Shown here: one piece after another, positions 47,634 through 57,008 of the stretch | Layout of the letters: each line of letters starts with the position of its first letter | How positions within the stretch are numbered: the first letter of the stretch is position 1 | Origin: an uncultured Actinomycetota bacterium | GTDB lineage: Bacteria > Actinomycetota > Actinomycetes > JACCUZ01 | DNA length: 64,000 nt | Assembly: GCA_963705885.1 (NCBI GenBank) | Contig: OY970120.1 | Span: 1,040,187 to 1,104,186, forward strand | Direction: 5' to 3' | Position numbers and translations under genes: made by a program | Notes under the pieces: model-generated | The model's input: only the letters and a program-made list of their open reading frames with translations | Told to the model about the DNA's origin: nothing | Databases searched by the model: none

Positions 47634-49749
47634 CGACGGCCCCGACGAGCCGTCCCGGTCGGAAGCGGGGCCGCTGCGGAGGCTGCTCGAGCTGCTCGTC
47701 CTGTGCTCCTTCGCGGTCGCCCAGCCGCTGCTCGACGTGACGGGACGGAGCCCGGAGACGTTCGTCTTCTACCGGGTCGGCGGGCTGCAGATCGTGCTGT
47801 TCGCGCTGCTGCTGATCCTGGTACCGCCGCTGGTGCTCTGGCTCGTCGTGCTGGGTGTCGGGGCCCTGTCACGCCGAGCCGGGCTCATCGTGCACCTGGT
47901 CATATCCGGCGCGCTGGTCGCGCTCGTCGTGTTGCAGGCGACGAAGGCCTGGTCGGCCCTGCGCGGGCCGCTGCTGGTGGCCCTCGCGGTTCTCGTCGCG
48001 GCCGGTGCGATGTGGTTGGTCGCCCGCAGCGCGGTCGCGCGCAGCTACGTCACGTTCCTGACCCCGGCGCCGCTGGCCTTCGCGTTGCTGTTCCTCCTGG
48101 TGTCGCCGACCGGCTCCCTGGTGGGGGTCTCGGACAAGGGCTCGGCGGAGGCCTCCGTCGGCACCGGCGAGGACCGGCCGCCGGTCGTGATGATCGTGCT
48201 GGACGAGCTGCCGCTGGTCTCGCTGCTGGACTCGACCGGCCGGGTGGACGGCCGCGTCTTCCCGAACTTCGCCCGGCTGGCCTCGACCAGCACCTGGTAC
48301 CGCAACGCGACCGCGGTCAGCGGCTTCACCCAGTACGCGGTGCCGGCGATGCTGACCGGGAGCTACCCGGAGCAGAAGCTGGCCCCGTCCTACGTCGACC
48401 ACCCGGACAACCTCTTCTCGCTGCTCGCGCCGCACTACCGGATCCGCGCCTTCGAGACCATCACCCAGCTCTGTGACCCGTCGACCTGCGAGACCGTGGC
48501 GACGACCGGCGACGACCGCGGCTTCGACGAGCTGCTGGGCCAGACCTGGCAGGTCGCCAAGGCGCTGGCCGCGCCGTACGACTCGACCGCGCCGGTGTCC
48601 GACCAGTTCGCCGAGGAGTCGGCGGCCGACGCCGGGGACGCTCTGCTGCCGGCGGAGCCGCCCTCCGGGCCCCGGTGGGACTCGCTGCGGGAGAACCAGC
48701 CGCGGCGGTTCCGGGCGTTCCTCGCCGGACTGCGCCCGCACGGCGAGCCGACCCTCGACTTCCTGCACCTCCTGATGCCGCACCACCCCTGGCGCTATCT
48801 GCCGTCCGGGGTGACCTACCCGCCGCACGACCTGGGCGGGAGGAAGGGCGGCTGGGGCAGGCAGGAGTGGCCGATGACCGTGAACCGGCAGTCGCACCTC
48901 CTCCAGCTCGCCTACACCGACCGGCTGCTCGGCGAGGTGATCGACCGACTCCAGCGCCGCGGGATGTGGGAGGAGTCGTTGGTCGTCGTGACGGCCGACC
49001 ACGGCGAGTCCTTCGTCCCCGGCAGCCAGGGGCGTCGTGTCTCCGACGACGTCGAGACGCACGCCCAGATCGCCTGGGTCCCGATGTTCGTCAAGGCGCC
49101 GGGCCAGACCCGGATGACGGTCAGCGACGCCGACTGGGAGCAGGTCGACCTGCTCCCGACGGTCGCCGACCTGCTGGACGTCGACGTCGCCGGCGAGGTC
49201 GACGGCGTCTCACGAGCGGGCACGGCGGCCGTCGACCCCACGGACAGGGTCTTCTTCAACGACCCCGGTCAGCGTCACCTGCTCGCCGACGAGGCCTTCG
49301 AGCTGGTCCTGGAGGGCGTGACGGACACGCTGGTCCGCGGCGCCGTCGGGCAGGACGGGCTCTACACGCTGCCGAGCTACCCGCGCTGGGTGGGGATGCG
49401 GCTGGTCGATGTCGACGCGGCAGGCGTCGTCGAGAGCGAGGAGCCGAGCGGCATGACGGCGTCGCTGTCCGAGGACCTCGACGTGGACACGATCGACCCG
49501 GCCTCCGGAGAGGTGCCGGCCCTGCTGACGGGAACGCTCGAGAACGCCCGACGGCGCAGCTCGGTCGCGGTCGTCCTGAACGGCTACGTCGTCGCCCTCT
49601 CCCCGATCTTCCGCGCCGAGCGCACGCCGTCCTTCGCCGCCATCGTGCCGGACGGCGCCTTCCAGCGCGGGGGCAACGAGCTGGCGCTCTACGAGCTCGT
49701 CCCCGGCAAGCAGCCGGTGCTGCGGCGCATCACCCTCGTGCAGGAGTGA
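47626..49749 (+). CDS. Membrane-anchored alkaline-phosphatase-superfamily (sulfatase/LtaS-like) transferase
   Basis: ~5 N-terminal TM helices; IVLDEL, FTQYAVPAMLTG, HLLMPHHPW, TADHG, VDLLPT. Confidence 0.83.
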   Translation: MADDGPDEPSRSEAGPLRRLLELLVLCSFAVAQPLLDVTGRSPETFVFYRVGGLQIVLFALLLILVPPLVLWLVVLGVGALSRRAGLIVHLVISGALVALVVLQATKAWSALRGPLLVALAVLVAAGAMWLVARSAVARSYVTFLTPAPLAFALLFLLVSPTGSLVGVSDKGSAEASVGTGEDRPPVVMIVLDELPLVSLLDSTGRVDGRVFPNFARLASTSTWYRNATAVSGFTQYAVPAMLTGSYPEQKLAPSYVDHPDNLFSLLAPHYRIRAFETITQLCDPSTCETVATTGDDRGFDELLGQTWQVAKALAAPYDSTAPVSDQFAEESAADAGDALLPAEPPSGPRWDSLRENQPRRFRAFLAGLRPHGEPTLDFLHLLMPHHPWRYLPSGVTYPPHDLGGRKGGWGRQEWPMTVNRQSHLLQLAYTDRLLGEVIDRLQRRGMWEESLVVVTADHGESFVPGSQGRRVSDDVETHAQIAWVPMFVKAPGQTRMTVSDADWEQVDLLPTVADLLDVDVAGEVDGVSRAGTAAVDPTDRVFFNDPGQRHLLADEAFELVLEGVTDTLVRGAVGQDGLYTLPSYPRWVGMRLVDVDAAGVVESEEPSGMTASLSEDLDVDTIDPASGEVPALLTGTLENARRRSSVAVVLNGYVVALSPIFRAERTPSFAAIVPDGAFQRGGNELALYELVPGKQPVLRRITLVQE

Positions 49750-49753
49750 CGGG

Positions 49754-51562
49754 TCAGGACAGCCGATCGGTCAGCCGCTCGCGGAGCCCGGTGGCGCGGG
49801 CGGCGGGCCGACCGACCGCCTCGACGAGCGCCTCGGCCGACCCGACGACGCGGACGTACGTCGTCGCGCGGGTCACGGCCGTGTACAGCGTCTCCCGCGT
49901 GCCGAGCGGGGAGCCCGCGGGTGGCAGCAGGACGGTCACGCGCTCGAACTGGCTGCCCTGGCTGCGGTGCACAGTCATCGCGTGCAGTGGCCGCACCGCG
50001 CCGAGCCGCACGAGCGGCACGACGACCGGCGAGCCGCCGCGGCCGAACGCGGCGACCAGCCCGCCGTGCCCGTCGGCGACGACGACACCCGTGTCGCCGT
50101 TGTAGAGCCCGATGTCGTAGTCGTTGGCGGTGACGAGCAGCGGCTCCCCGGCGTACCTCCCGTCGGCGCGCGGCAGCACCGGCCGCTCGTCGGCGACCCA
50201 CCGGGCGGCGAGCGCGCTCCAGTGCGCCACCCCGCGCGGCCCGCGGCGGTGGGCGCACAGCAGCCGGTGCCGGTCGAGCGACGCGAGCGCGCCGACGGCG
50301 TCACCCGACTCCGCCGCATCGAGCAGCGCGACGCCGCTCGCCACGACGTCGGCCCGTACGCCCTCGAGCCCGGCCGGGGACAGGTGGGCGTCGTCGGCGA
50401 CCTCGACGATCTCGACCTCCGGCGTGGAGCCCGAGCGCAGGACCTCGAGCGCGTCGTCGCCGCGCCCGTCCTGGACGGCGGTTGCCAGCAGCGCGATGCC
50501 GCTGGTCGACGGGAAGCGCCGGTTGGTCGCGAGCGTCGCGACCTCCACCTGCGACGGTGCGCCCGCCAGGTCGCCGAGGACCGCGCCGGCCTCGACCGAC
50601 GCCAGCTGGTCGGGGTCGCCGACGAGCACCAGCCGGGTCGACGGACGCAGCGCCTCGAGCAGCCGCGCCATCATCGTCAGCGACACCATCGACGCCTCGT
50701 CGACCACGACGACCTCGACCGGCAGCCGGTTGGTGCGGTCGTGGCGGAACCGGCTGCGGGCCTCGGGCCGCCAGCCGAGCAGCCGGTGCAGCGTCGTCGC
50801 CGCCAGCTCGCCGAGCCGATCCTGGTCCTCGGGCGGCAGTGACGCGCTCGACGACCGCACCGCCTCCTCCAGCCGCGCCGCCGCCTTGCCGGTCGGCGCG
50901 GCCAGCGCGACCCGCCACTCGGGGTGCTGCTCGCGCAGCAGCGCCAGCAGCCGGCTCACCGTCGTGGTCTTGCCTGTCCCCGGCCCGCCCGCCAGGACGC
51001 TGACCCGGGACAGTGCGCAGCGTCGGGCGGCCGAGCGCTGGTCGTCGTCGGACTCGGCGGGGAACAGGCGCTCCAGCCCCGCGGCCAGGACCGCCTCGTC
51101 GAGGTCGTCTGGCGGGGTCGCGCACCTCTCGCGCAGCTCGTCGGCGACCTGCTCCTCCTGGTCCCAGTACCTCGCCAGCCAGACCCGCGAGCCGGACATG
51201 CGCAGCGGGCCGCGGACGTCGTGGGCGCCGACCAGCGGGCTCGCCGCGACCCGGGGAAGCCAGCCCGTCGGCCAGTCGAGGGCGACGTCCGCCACGAGCG
51301 TCTCGTCGCTGTCGACGTCGGGGCTCGTCGTCTCCTGCGCTGTCGAGAGGTCGAGCACCACCGAGCCGTGCCGGGTCGACCGCACCACCAGCGCCGCCGC
51401 GAGCAGCACCGCGTCGTCGGTCTCGCCGCCGATCGTGCCGAGCCGTCGCGCGACGTGCACGTCGGCGGCCGAGAGGATGCCCGCCCGGTTGAACGCCGCG
51501 AGCAGCCCGTCGGCCCGCAGGGCCAGCGACGCGTCGGACGACGTCGGGGTGCTCGCCGTCAT
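49754..51562 (-). CDS. recD: Exodeoxyribonuclease V alpha subunit
   Basis: GGPGTGKTT, APTGKAAARL, VDEASM, GDPDQL, NGDTG, TVHRSQGSQF, LYTAVTRA; ATGA overlap with recB. Confidence 0.95.
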   Translation of the reverse strand: MTASTPTSSDASLALRADGLLAAFNRAGILSAADVHVARRLGTIGGETDDAVLLAAALVVRSTRHGSVVLDLSTAQETTSPDVDSDETLVADVALDWPTGWLPRVAASPLVGAHDVRGPLRMSGSRVWLARYWDQEEQVADELRERCATPPDDLDEAVLAAGLERLFPAESDDDQRSAARRCALSRVSVLAGGPGTGKTTTVSRLLALLREQHPEWRVALAAPTGKAAARLEEAVRSSSASLPPEDQDRLGELAATTLHRLLGWRPEARSRFRHDRTNRLPVEVVVVDEASMVSLTMMARLLEALRPSTRLVLVGDPDQLASVEAGAVLGDLAGAPSQVEVATLATNRRFPSTSGIALLATAVQDGRGDDALEVLRSGSTPEVEIVEVADDAHLSPAGLEGVRADVVASGVALLDAAESGDAVGALASLDRHRLLCAHRRGPRGVAHWSALAARWVADERPVLPRADGRYAGEPLLVTANDYDIGLYNGDTGVVVADGHGGLVAAFGRGGSPVVVPLVRLGAVRPLHAMTVHRSQGSQFERVTVLLPPAGSPLGTRETLYTAVTRATTYVRVVGSAEALVEAVGRPAARATGLRERLTDRLS

Positions 51563-54500
51563 GGCCGCCCGGCCAGCAGGTCGGACAGGCCGGTGACCAG
51601 CCCGGTCGGCGGCCGCCACGCGAACACGCCCGGCGCCGCGCCGGACGCGTCCAGCACGCCGGGCCCGGACATGCCACGCAGGAACAGGTAGAGCACGCCG
51701 CCGAGGTGCACGTCCGGGTCGTAGCCCGGCTGCCGCCAGCGCAGGTAGCGGTGCAGCGCCACGGCGTAGAACGACGCCTGCAGCGGGTAGTGCGCCTCGA
51801 CCATCGCGGTCTCCATCGCCTCCGCCCGGTAGTGCCAGGCGGTCAGCGGCTCGTCGCGCCCGCCGAGCCGGTTGGTCTTGTAGTCGACCACGAGGTAGCG
51901 CGGCGGTGACCCGACCCGCAGCACCGCGTCGATGCTGCCGGTGAGGTAGCCGCGCAGCGGCACGTCGGGCAGCTCGGCCAGCGCGTCGGCGTACGACGAC
52001 AGCAGCCCGGTCGGCACGTGCTCGCGCCACAGCGGCACGAGGTCGCGGAGCACCACGTCTGCCGGGGCGGCCGGCGGCTCGTCGCCACCGGCGAGTGGCA
52101 GCTCGAAGTCCATCTCGGGCAGGCGGTCCGGGGCGCGGACGTCCCGCAGCGCCGCACCGGCCGCGAGCTCGCCGAGCGGGGTGGCCAGCGCGGCCAGCAG
52201 CCCGGTGGTCAGCTCCTGGGCGTCGTGGTCCGGCGCGAAGCGCGCGACCTGGGCGGCCACCGCCTCACCGACAGCCGTCTGGTCGGCCGGGTCGGTGAGC
52301 TGCTCGAGCACCGTGTGCACCAGCGTGCCGAAGGCCGCGCCGCCGGGCAGCACGTCCCAGGCCGACGGGACATCGCGCAGGGCGTCGGCGCCGGTGGCCG
52401 CCGCCGCCGGCACCTCCTCGAGGTCGGTCTCGTCGTCCTTCTGCGCGACCTCGGGCTCGCTGCCCAGCCGCTGCTCGTGCGCCGCCGAGGTCAGCGCGCT
52501 GTAGGACGTGCGCCGCCAGCCGGTGTCCAGCACGCGGCCGAACGTCGCGAGCTGCAGCGCCGGCGCGGGTGACGCGGCCGGTGACCACACCTCCGGCGGT
52601 CGCTGCCGCACCACGTCGACGTCGAGCCCGCCGCGGCTTCGCGTGGCCCTGGCCTGGAACCTCAGCAGCGCGGTGGCGTCGTCGGGCACCGGCATGGACA
52701 GCGGGGCGACCGTCGCCGGGTCGTCGTGCATCAGCAGCCGGTGCAGCGGCGAGGTGGGTGTGTTGTAGGACGGTGCCCACCACAGCAGCAGGTGCGACTG
52801 GGCGCGGGTCATGGCGACGTAGGTCAGGCGCAGCTCGTCGTCGGTCTCCTCCTGCTGGTGCGCCTTCACGTGCGCGGACCAGTCGGGGCTGTTGGGGCCG
52901 CCGACGTCGCGCACCCGGTGCCCGCGATCGTCGTGGAAGACGGCGGTCGGCGGGGCGTCCCGCTTCCAGTTGTCCCAGGCGAAGGGCACCATCACGACCG
53001 GGAACTCCAGGCCCTTGCTGGTGTGCACGGTGATGACCTGCACCGCGGCCGCGTCGGTCTCCAGCCGGCGGCTTCGCTCCTGACCGCCCTCGCGCGCCGC
53101 CTCCTCGCGGCGGCGGCGCAGCCAGACCAGCAGCGCGGTCAGGCCGAGCTGTCCCTCCAGCGTCGCCTCGTGCAGCACCTGAGCGATGTGGCGCAGGTCG
53201 GTGAGCAGCCGCTCGCCGCCGACCAGGCCGAGGATGCGCGGCTGCAGCGCCTGGTCGAGCGAGAGCGCCTCGAACATCGCCGCGACGCCGCGCTCGGTGA
53301 GCACCGTGCCCCACACCCGCAGCTTCAGCGCGAGGTCGTCGGCCACGTCGTCACCGGCCGCGTCCAGCCCGGCGGCGTCGAGCCCGACGAAGCAGGTCAG
53401 CGCGGCCCGGCGTACGCGCGTGGGGCGGTGCGGCTGCTCGAGCGCCTCCAGGAGCCGTTGCCACTCTGCGGCGGCGGGTGTCGCGAAGACCGACGTCCGG
53501 CCGGTGAGCACGACGGGCACGCCCGCCTCCTGCAGCGTGGCCTGCACCAGCTGGGCCTGGCTGTTCTGGCGCACCAGCACCGCGATGTCGCGGGGCTCGA
53601 CCGGCCGCTCGGCGCCGCCGTCGCGCGGCCGCAACGTCGTGCCGTCGGACAGCAGCGCCACCACGCGGTCGGCCAGGTCGCGGGCGACGGCCTCGCGGGC
53701 CGGCCCGGTCGACAGCGTGCCGCTCTTGGTGACGGGCAGGCCGTCGCGGCGCAGCACGCGCAGCAGCAGCGGCACCGGCGCCGACACCATCGGCCCGGTG
53801 TGCGCGGCCTCGACCGGCAGCACGCGGATCCGCTCGTCGCCGAGCGCGGCGTCGTGGAAGACGGCGGCCATCCCGTCGAGCAGCGCCGCGTCGCTGCGGT
53901 GGTTGGTCGGCAGGGTGCGCACGACCGACGCGGCCGCCCGCGCCTCGAGGTAGGCGTGCACGTCGGCGCCGCGGAAGCCGTAGATCGCCTGCTTGGGGTC
54001 GCCGATGAGCACGAGGGTGCGGAAGCCGTGGAACGCCTCGCGCAGGATCGTCCACTGCACCGGGTCGGTGTCCTGGAACTCGTCGACCAGCACGACGCGG
54101 TAGCGCGCGCGCAGCCGCTCCCGCGCGACCGGACCCGTCTCGGCCTCGGTGAGCGTCGTCGCGAGCCGGGTCAGCATGTCGTCGTAGTCGATGAGCTGCT
54201 GGCGCCGCTTGCGCCGGTCGACCTCGGCGCGCACGGCGGCGGCGATGCGGGCGCGCAGGCCGGGCTTGCCCTCGGCGCCCAGGTCGGGCAGCAGGTCGGT
54301 GGCGGGGTCCGTCGCGGCCGCCAGCGCGAGGGCGTGGAAGTCGGCGCGCGTCATGTCGGCCGGCGGCGACCCCGCGACGCCCCACTTGCGCAGGTAGAGG
54401 TCGTCGGCGACCTCCGCGACGAGGTCGCCGATGTTCTCGACGAGGGTGGCGCCGGTGTCGTGGTCACCGGCGGTGCCGAGCGCGAGCAGCACCTGCTGGC

Positions 54501-54909
54501 AGAAGCCGTGCGTCGTGGTGACCGTGGCGGCGTCGAAGACCGTGAGTGCCTCCTCGATGCGGCGCCGTCGTGTGTCGAGTGTGGCCGCGTCGGTGTCGGC
54601 GAGGTGGGCGAGCACGTGGTCGTACGCCGGGATGCGCGCCGGGTCGGCCAGCCCGTCGCGGGCGGTGACCAGCCGCTCCCGCACGCGCTCGCGCAGCTCG
54701 CGGGTCGACTCGCGGCTGAAGCTGACGACGAGCAGCTCCTCCATCGCGGCGACGCCCTCGGCGACGTAGCGCGCGACGAGGTTGGCGATGGTGAACGTCT
54801 TGCCGGTGCCGGCGCTGGCCTCCAGCACCGTGGTGCCATCGGGCAGCGGGCCGAGCAGGTCGAACGCCTCGGGCGGCGCCGGCACTCCCGCCGTCAACGC
54901 GGCCGTCAC
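51559..54909 (-). CDS. recB: Exodeoxyribonuclease V beta subunit
   Basis: EASAGTGKT, VDEFQD, IGDPKQAIYGFRGAD, TVHTSKGLEF, YVAMTRA; nuclease GSID...VDYKTN. Confidence 0.95.
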   Translation of the reverse strand: MTAALTAGVPAPPEAFDLLGPLPDGTTVLEASAGTGKTFTIANLVARYVAEGVAAMEELLVVSFSRESTRELRERVRERLVTARDGLADPARIPAYDHVLAHLADTDAATLDTRRRRIEEALTVFDAATVTTTHGFCQQVLLALGTAGDHDTGATLVENIGDLVAEVADDLYLRKWGVAGSPPADMTRADFHALALAAATDPATDLLPDLGAEGKPGLRARIAAAVRAEVDRRKRRQQLIDYDDMLTRLATTLTEAETGPVARERLRARYRVVLVDEFQDTDPVQWTILREAFHGFRTLVLIGDPKQAIYGFRGADVHAYLEARAAASVVRTLPTNHRSDAALLDGMAAVFHDAALGDERIRVLPVEAAHTGPMVSAPVPLLLRVLRRDGLPVTKSGTLSTGPAREAVARDLADRVVALLSDGTTLRPRDGGAERPVEPRDIAVLVRQNSQAQLVQATLQEAGVPVVLTGRTSVFATPAAAEWQRLLEALEQPHRPTRVRRAALTCFVGLDAAGLDAAGDDVADDLALKLRVWGTVLTERGVAAMFEALSLDQALQPRILGLVGGERLLTDLRHIAQVLHEATLEGQLGLTALLVWLRRRREEAAREGGQERSRRLETDAAAVQVITVHTSKGLEFPVVMVPFAWDNWKRDAPPTAVFHDDRGHRVRDVGGPNSPDWSAHVKAHQQEETDDELRLTYVAMTRAQSHLLLWWAPSYNTPTSPLHRLLMHDDPATVAPLSMPVPDDATALLRFQARATRSRGGLDVDVVRQRPPEVWSPAASPAPALQLATFGRVLDTGWRRTSYSALTSAAHEQRLGSEPEVAQKDDETDLEEVPAAAATGADALRDVPSAWDVLPGGAAFGTLVHTVLEQLTDPADQTAVGEAVAAQVARFAPDHDAQELTTGLLAALATPLGELAAGAALRDVRAPDRLPEMDFELPLAGGDEPPAAPADVVLRDLVPLWREHVPTGLLSSYADALAELPDVPLRGYLTGSIDAVLRVGSPPRYLVVDYKTNRLGGRDEPLTAWHYRAEAMETAMVEAHYPLQASFYAVALHRYLRWRQPGYDPDVHLGGVLYLFLRGMSGPGVLDASGAAPGVFAWRPPTGLVTGLSDLLAGRP

Positions 54910-55168
54910 GTCCCGGCCCCCGGGCGCGGCGGCAGCTCCCCGCCGCGTACTGCGCTGCCGTCACTGTTGTCGGCAGGGCAGCAGGGGACGCCGGTCATGC
55001 CCGGATCGCCTGGTCCCCCGCGGCACAGGTGGCCAGGGATGCCTGGTGAGTGACCGGCACGATCGAACGACGTCCTTCCCGCGGGGTGGCTCCGAGCACG
55101 CTACTGCGCCAGCCGAACCCCGGTCCGGCGAGCCCGAACGAGAAGCGAGCAGGTCTCCGAACTGCCTC

Positions 55169-55197
55169 TTGACATCCTAATGCCGTTAGGACACCCT
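55169..55197 (+). promoter_or_regulatory. Probable promoter with overlapping TetR operator
   Basis: TTGACA (55169-55174) followed by palindrome TCCTAA-N5-TTAGGA (55175-55191); no RBS before ATG 55204. Confidence 0.6.
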
Positions 55198-55203
55198 CAG
55201 GTC

Positions 55204-55914
55204 ATGAGTGCGGAGCCTGTCGTCCCCGACCGTCGCCAGCGGCGGCGGCAGGAGACCATGGAGGAGGTCCTCGACCACGCGGCCGCGATCATGGCCGAGG
55301 AGGGCGTCGCCGGGTTGTCCGTCGGCGAGGTCGCCCGCCGGATGGGCATCCGCCCACCGTCGCTCTACGGCTACTTCCCGTCCAAGAACGCGCTCTACGA
55401 CGCCCTGTTCGAGCGCGGCGCTCGGACGATCCTCGACCGCTTCCGTGCCGAGGCGGAGTCCCTCGACGTCTCGGGGCGCTCCCTTGCCGAGGTCTTGCTG
55501 CAGTCGGCGGAGTCCTTCGTCGGCTGGTCGATCGAGAACCCGGCCTACACCCAGCTGCTGTTCTGGCGGCCGGTGCCCGGCTTCGCCCCGTCGGCCGAGG
55601 CGTACGCGCCGGCGGTCGAGCTGGTGGAGCTGAGCCGCACCTGGTTCGCCGGCCTGCAGCAGCTGGGGCTGATCCGCCCCGACGCCGAGGTCGACCACGT
55701 CATCCGCGACTGGACGGTGCTCACCGCGGGAGTGGTCAGCCAGCAGATGTCCAACGCGCCCGGAGAGCCCCTGGCGACCGGCCGGTTCACCGCTGCCCTG
55801 CCTGACCTCGTCGCCATGTTCGCCCGCCACTACGGCACCGACATCGACACCGACACCACCACGCCCACATCCACGCCTCGCCCGAAGGAGGCACGCCGTG
55901 CCCGCAACCGTTGA
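55204..55914 (+). CDS. TetR/AcrR-family transcriptional regulator
   Basis: GVAGLSVGEVARRMGIRPPSLYGYFPSKNAL HTH. Confidence 0.92.
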   Translation: MSAEPVVPDRRQRRRQETMEEVLDHAAAIMAEEGVAGLSVGEVARRMGIRPPSLYGYFPSKNALYDALFERGARTILDRFRAEAESLDVSGRSLAEVLLQSAESFVGWSIENPAYTQLLFWRPVPGFAPSAEAYAPAVELVELSRTWFAGLQQLGLIRPDAEVDHVIRDWTVLTAGVVSQQMSNAPGEPLATGRFTAALPDLVAMFARHYGTDIDTDTTTPTSTPRPKEARRARNR

Positions 55915-56209
55915 CCAGATCGCCGACCGGATCTACCGGATCTCGACGTTCGTCCCCGACCTCGGGCCCACCGGCTTCACGTTCAACCAGTTCCTCGTCG
56001 ACGCCGAGGAGCCGCTTCTGTACCACACCGGGATGCGCCAGCTGTTCCCCGACGTGCGCGCTGCGATCGAGCGGGTCATGCCCGTCGAGCGGCTGCGCTG
56101 GATCGCGTTCGCGCACCTGGAGGCCGACGAGTGCGGCGCGGTGGACGAGTTCCTCGAGGTCGCCCCGCACGCGCAGGTCGCCCACGGCGCGCTCGGCGTG
56201 ACGTCGTGA
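55898..56209 (+). pseudogene. Truncated MBL-fold / flavodiiron-like (ODP-type) protein, N-terminal 103 aa only
   Basis: AAGGAGG RBS; FTFNQFL, LYHTG, HLEADECG motif, then stop well short of a complete MBL fold. Confidence 0.7.
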
Positions 56210-56988
56210 CGACGTCTGCCGTGGTCACCGCATCCTCGCCGCGCAGGCCGGCACTGCCGCGCGACGTCGCGATGCGGCTCGCCGCACACGAGTACGAGAT
56301 GTTCGTCGCCCAGCTCCGCGAGCTGTCACCCGAGGACTGGTCCCGGCCGACGACATGTCCCGAGTGGGACGTGCACGCCATGGCCTGCCACGTCCTCGGC
56401 ATGGCGGAGTTCGCCGCGTCCGTGCCCGAGCAGATCCGGCAGTCGCGCGCGGCCAGCAAGGCCGGCGGGCTGTTCATCGACGCGCTCACGGCACTGCAGG
56501 TGGACAAGCACATCACCCGTACGCCGGCCGACGTGGTCGCGCGACTGACCGTGGTGGGTCCGCGGGCCGCGGCCGGACGGCGTCGTACCCCGTCGCTGGT
56601 GCGGCGGATCAGGATGGCGGACCAGCCGGTCGAGGAGACGGGCACACAGACGGAGAAGTGGACACTCGGCTACATGACCGATGTGATCCTCACCCGGGAC
56701 ACCTGGATGCACCGCAGCGACATCGCGGTCGCGACCGGCCGGGAGATGACGCTCACGGCCGATCACGACGGCGTCCTGGTCGCCGACGTCGCGGCGGAGT
56801 GGGCGGGGCGGCACGGGCAGCCGTGCACCCTCACCCTGACCGGGCCGGCCGGCGGCTCCTGGACGTTCCGGGGCAGCGCGCCTGCCGCCGACCCCCCGGT
56901 GCTCGAACTGGACGCGGTGGAGTTCTGCCGCATCCTGTCCGGACGCGGCAGCGGTCTCGGACTGCTCGCGACCCGCGTCCCGTTCTGA
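56206..56988 (+). CDS. Mycothiol-dependent maleylpyruvate isomerase-family (DinB superfamily) protein
   Basis: DWSRPTTCPEWDVHAMACH, RDTWMHRSD; GTGA overlap. Confidence 0.85.
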   Translation: MTTSAVVTASSPRRPALPRDVAMRLAAHEYEMFVAQLRELSPEDWSRPTTCPEWDVHAMACHVLGMAEFAASVPEQIRQSRAASKAGGLFIDALTALQVDKHITRTPADVVARLTVVGPRAAAGRRRTPSLVRRIRMADQPVEETGTQTEKWTLGYMTDVILTRDTWMHRSDIAVATGREMTLTADHDGVLVADVAAEWAGRHGQPCTLTLTGPAGGSWTFRGSAPAADPPVLELDAVEFCRILSGRGSGLGLLATRVPF

Positions 56989-57008
56989 CCCGGTGTGTGC
57001 GTCGACGC

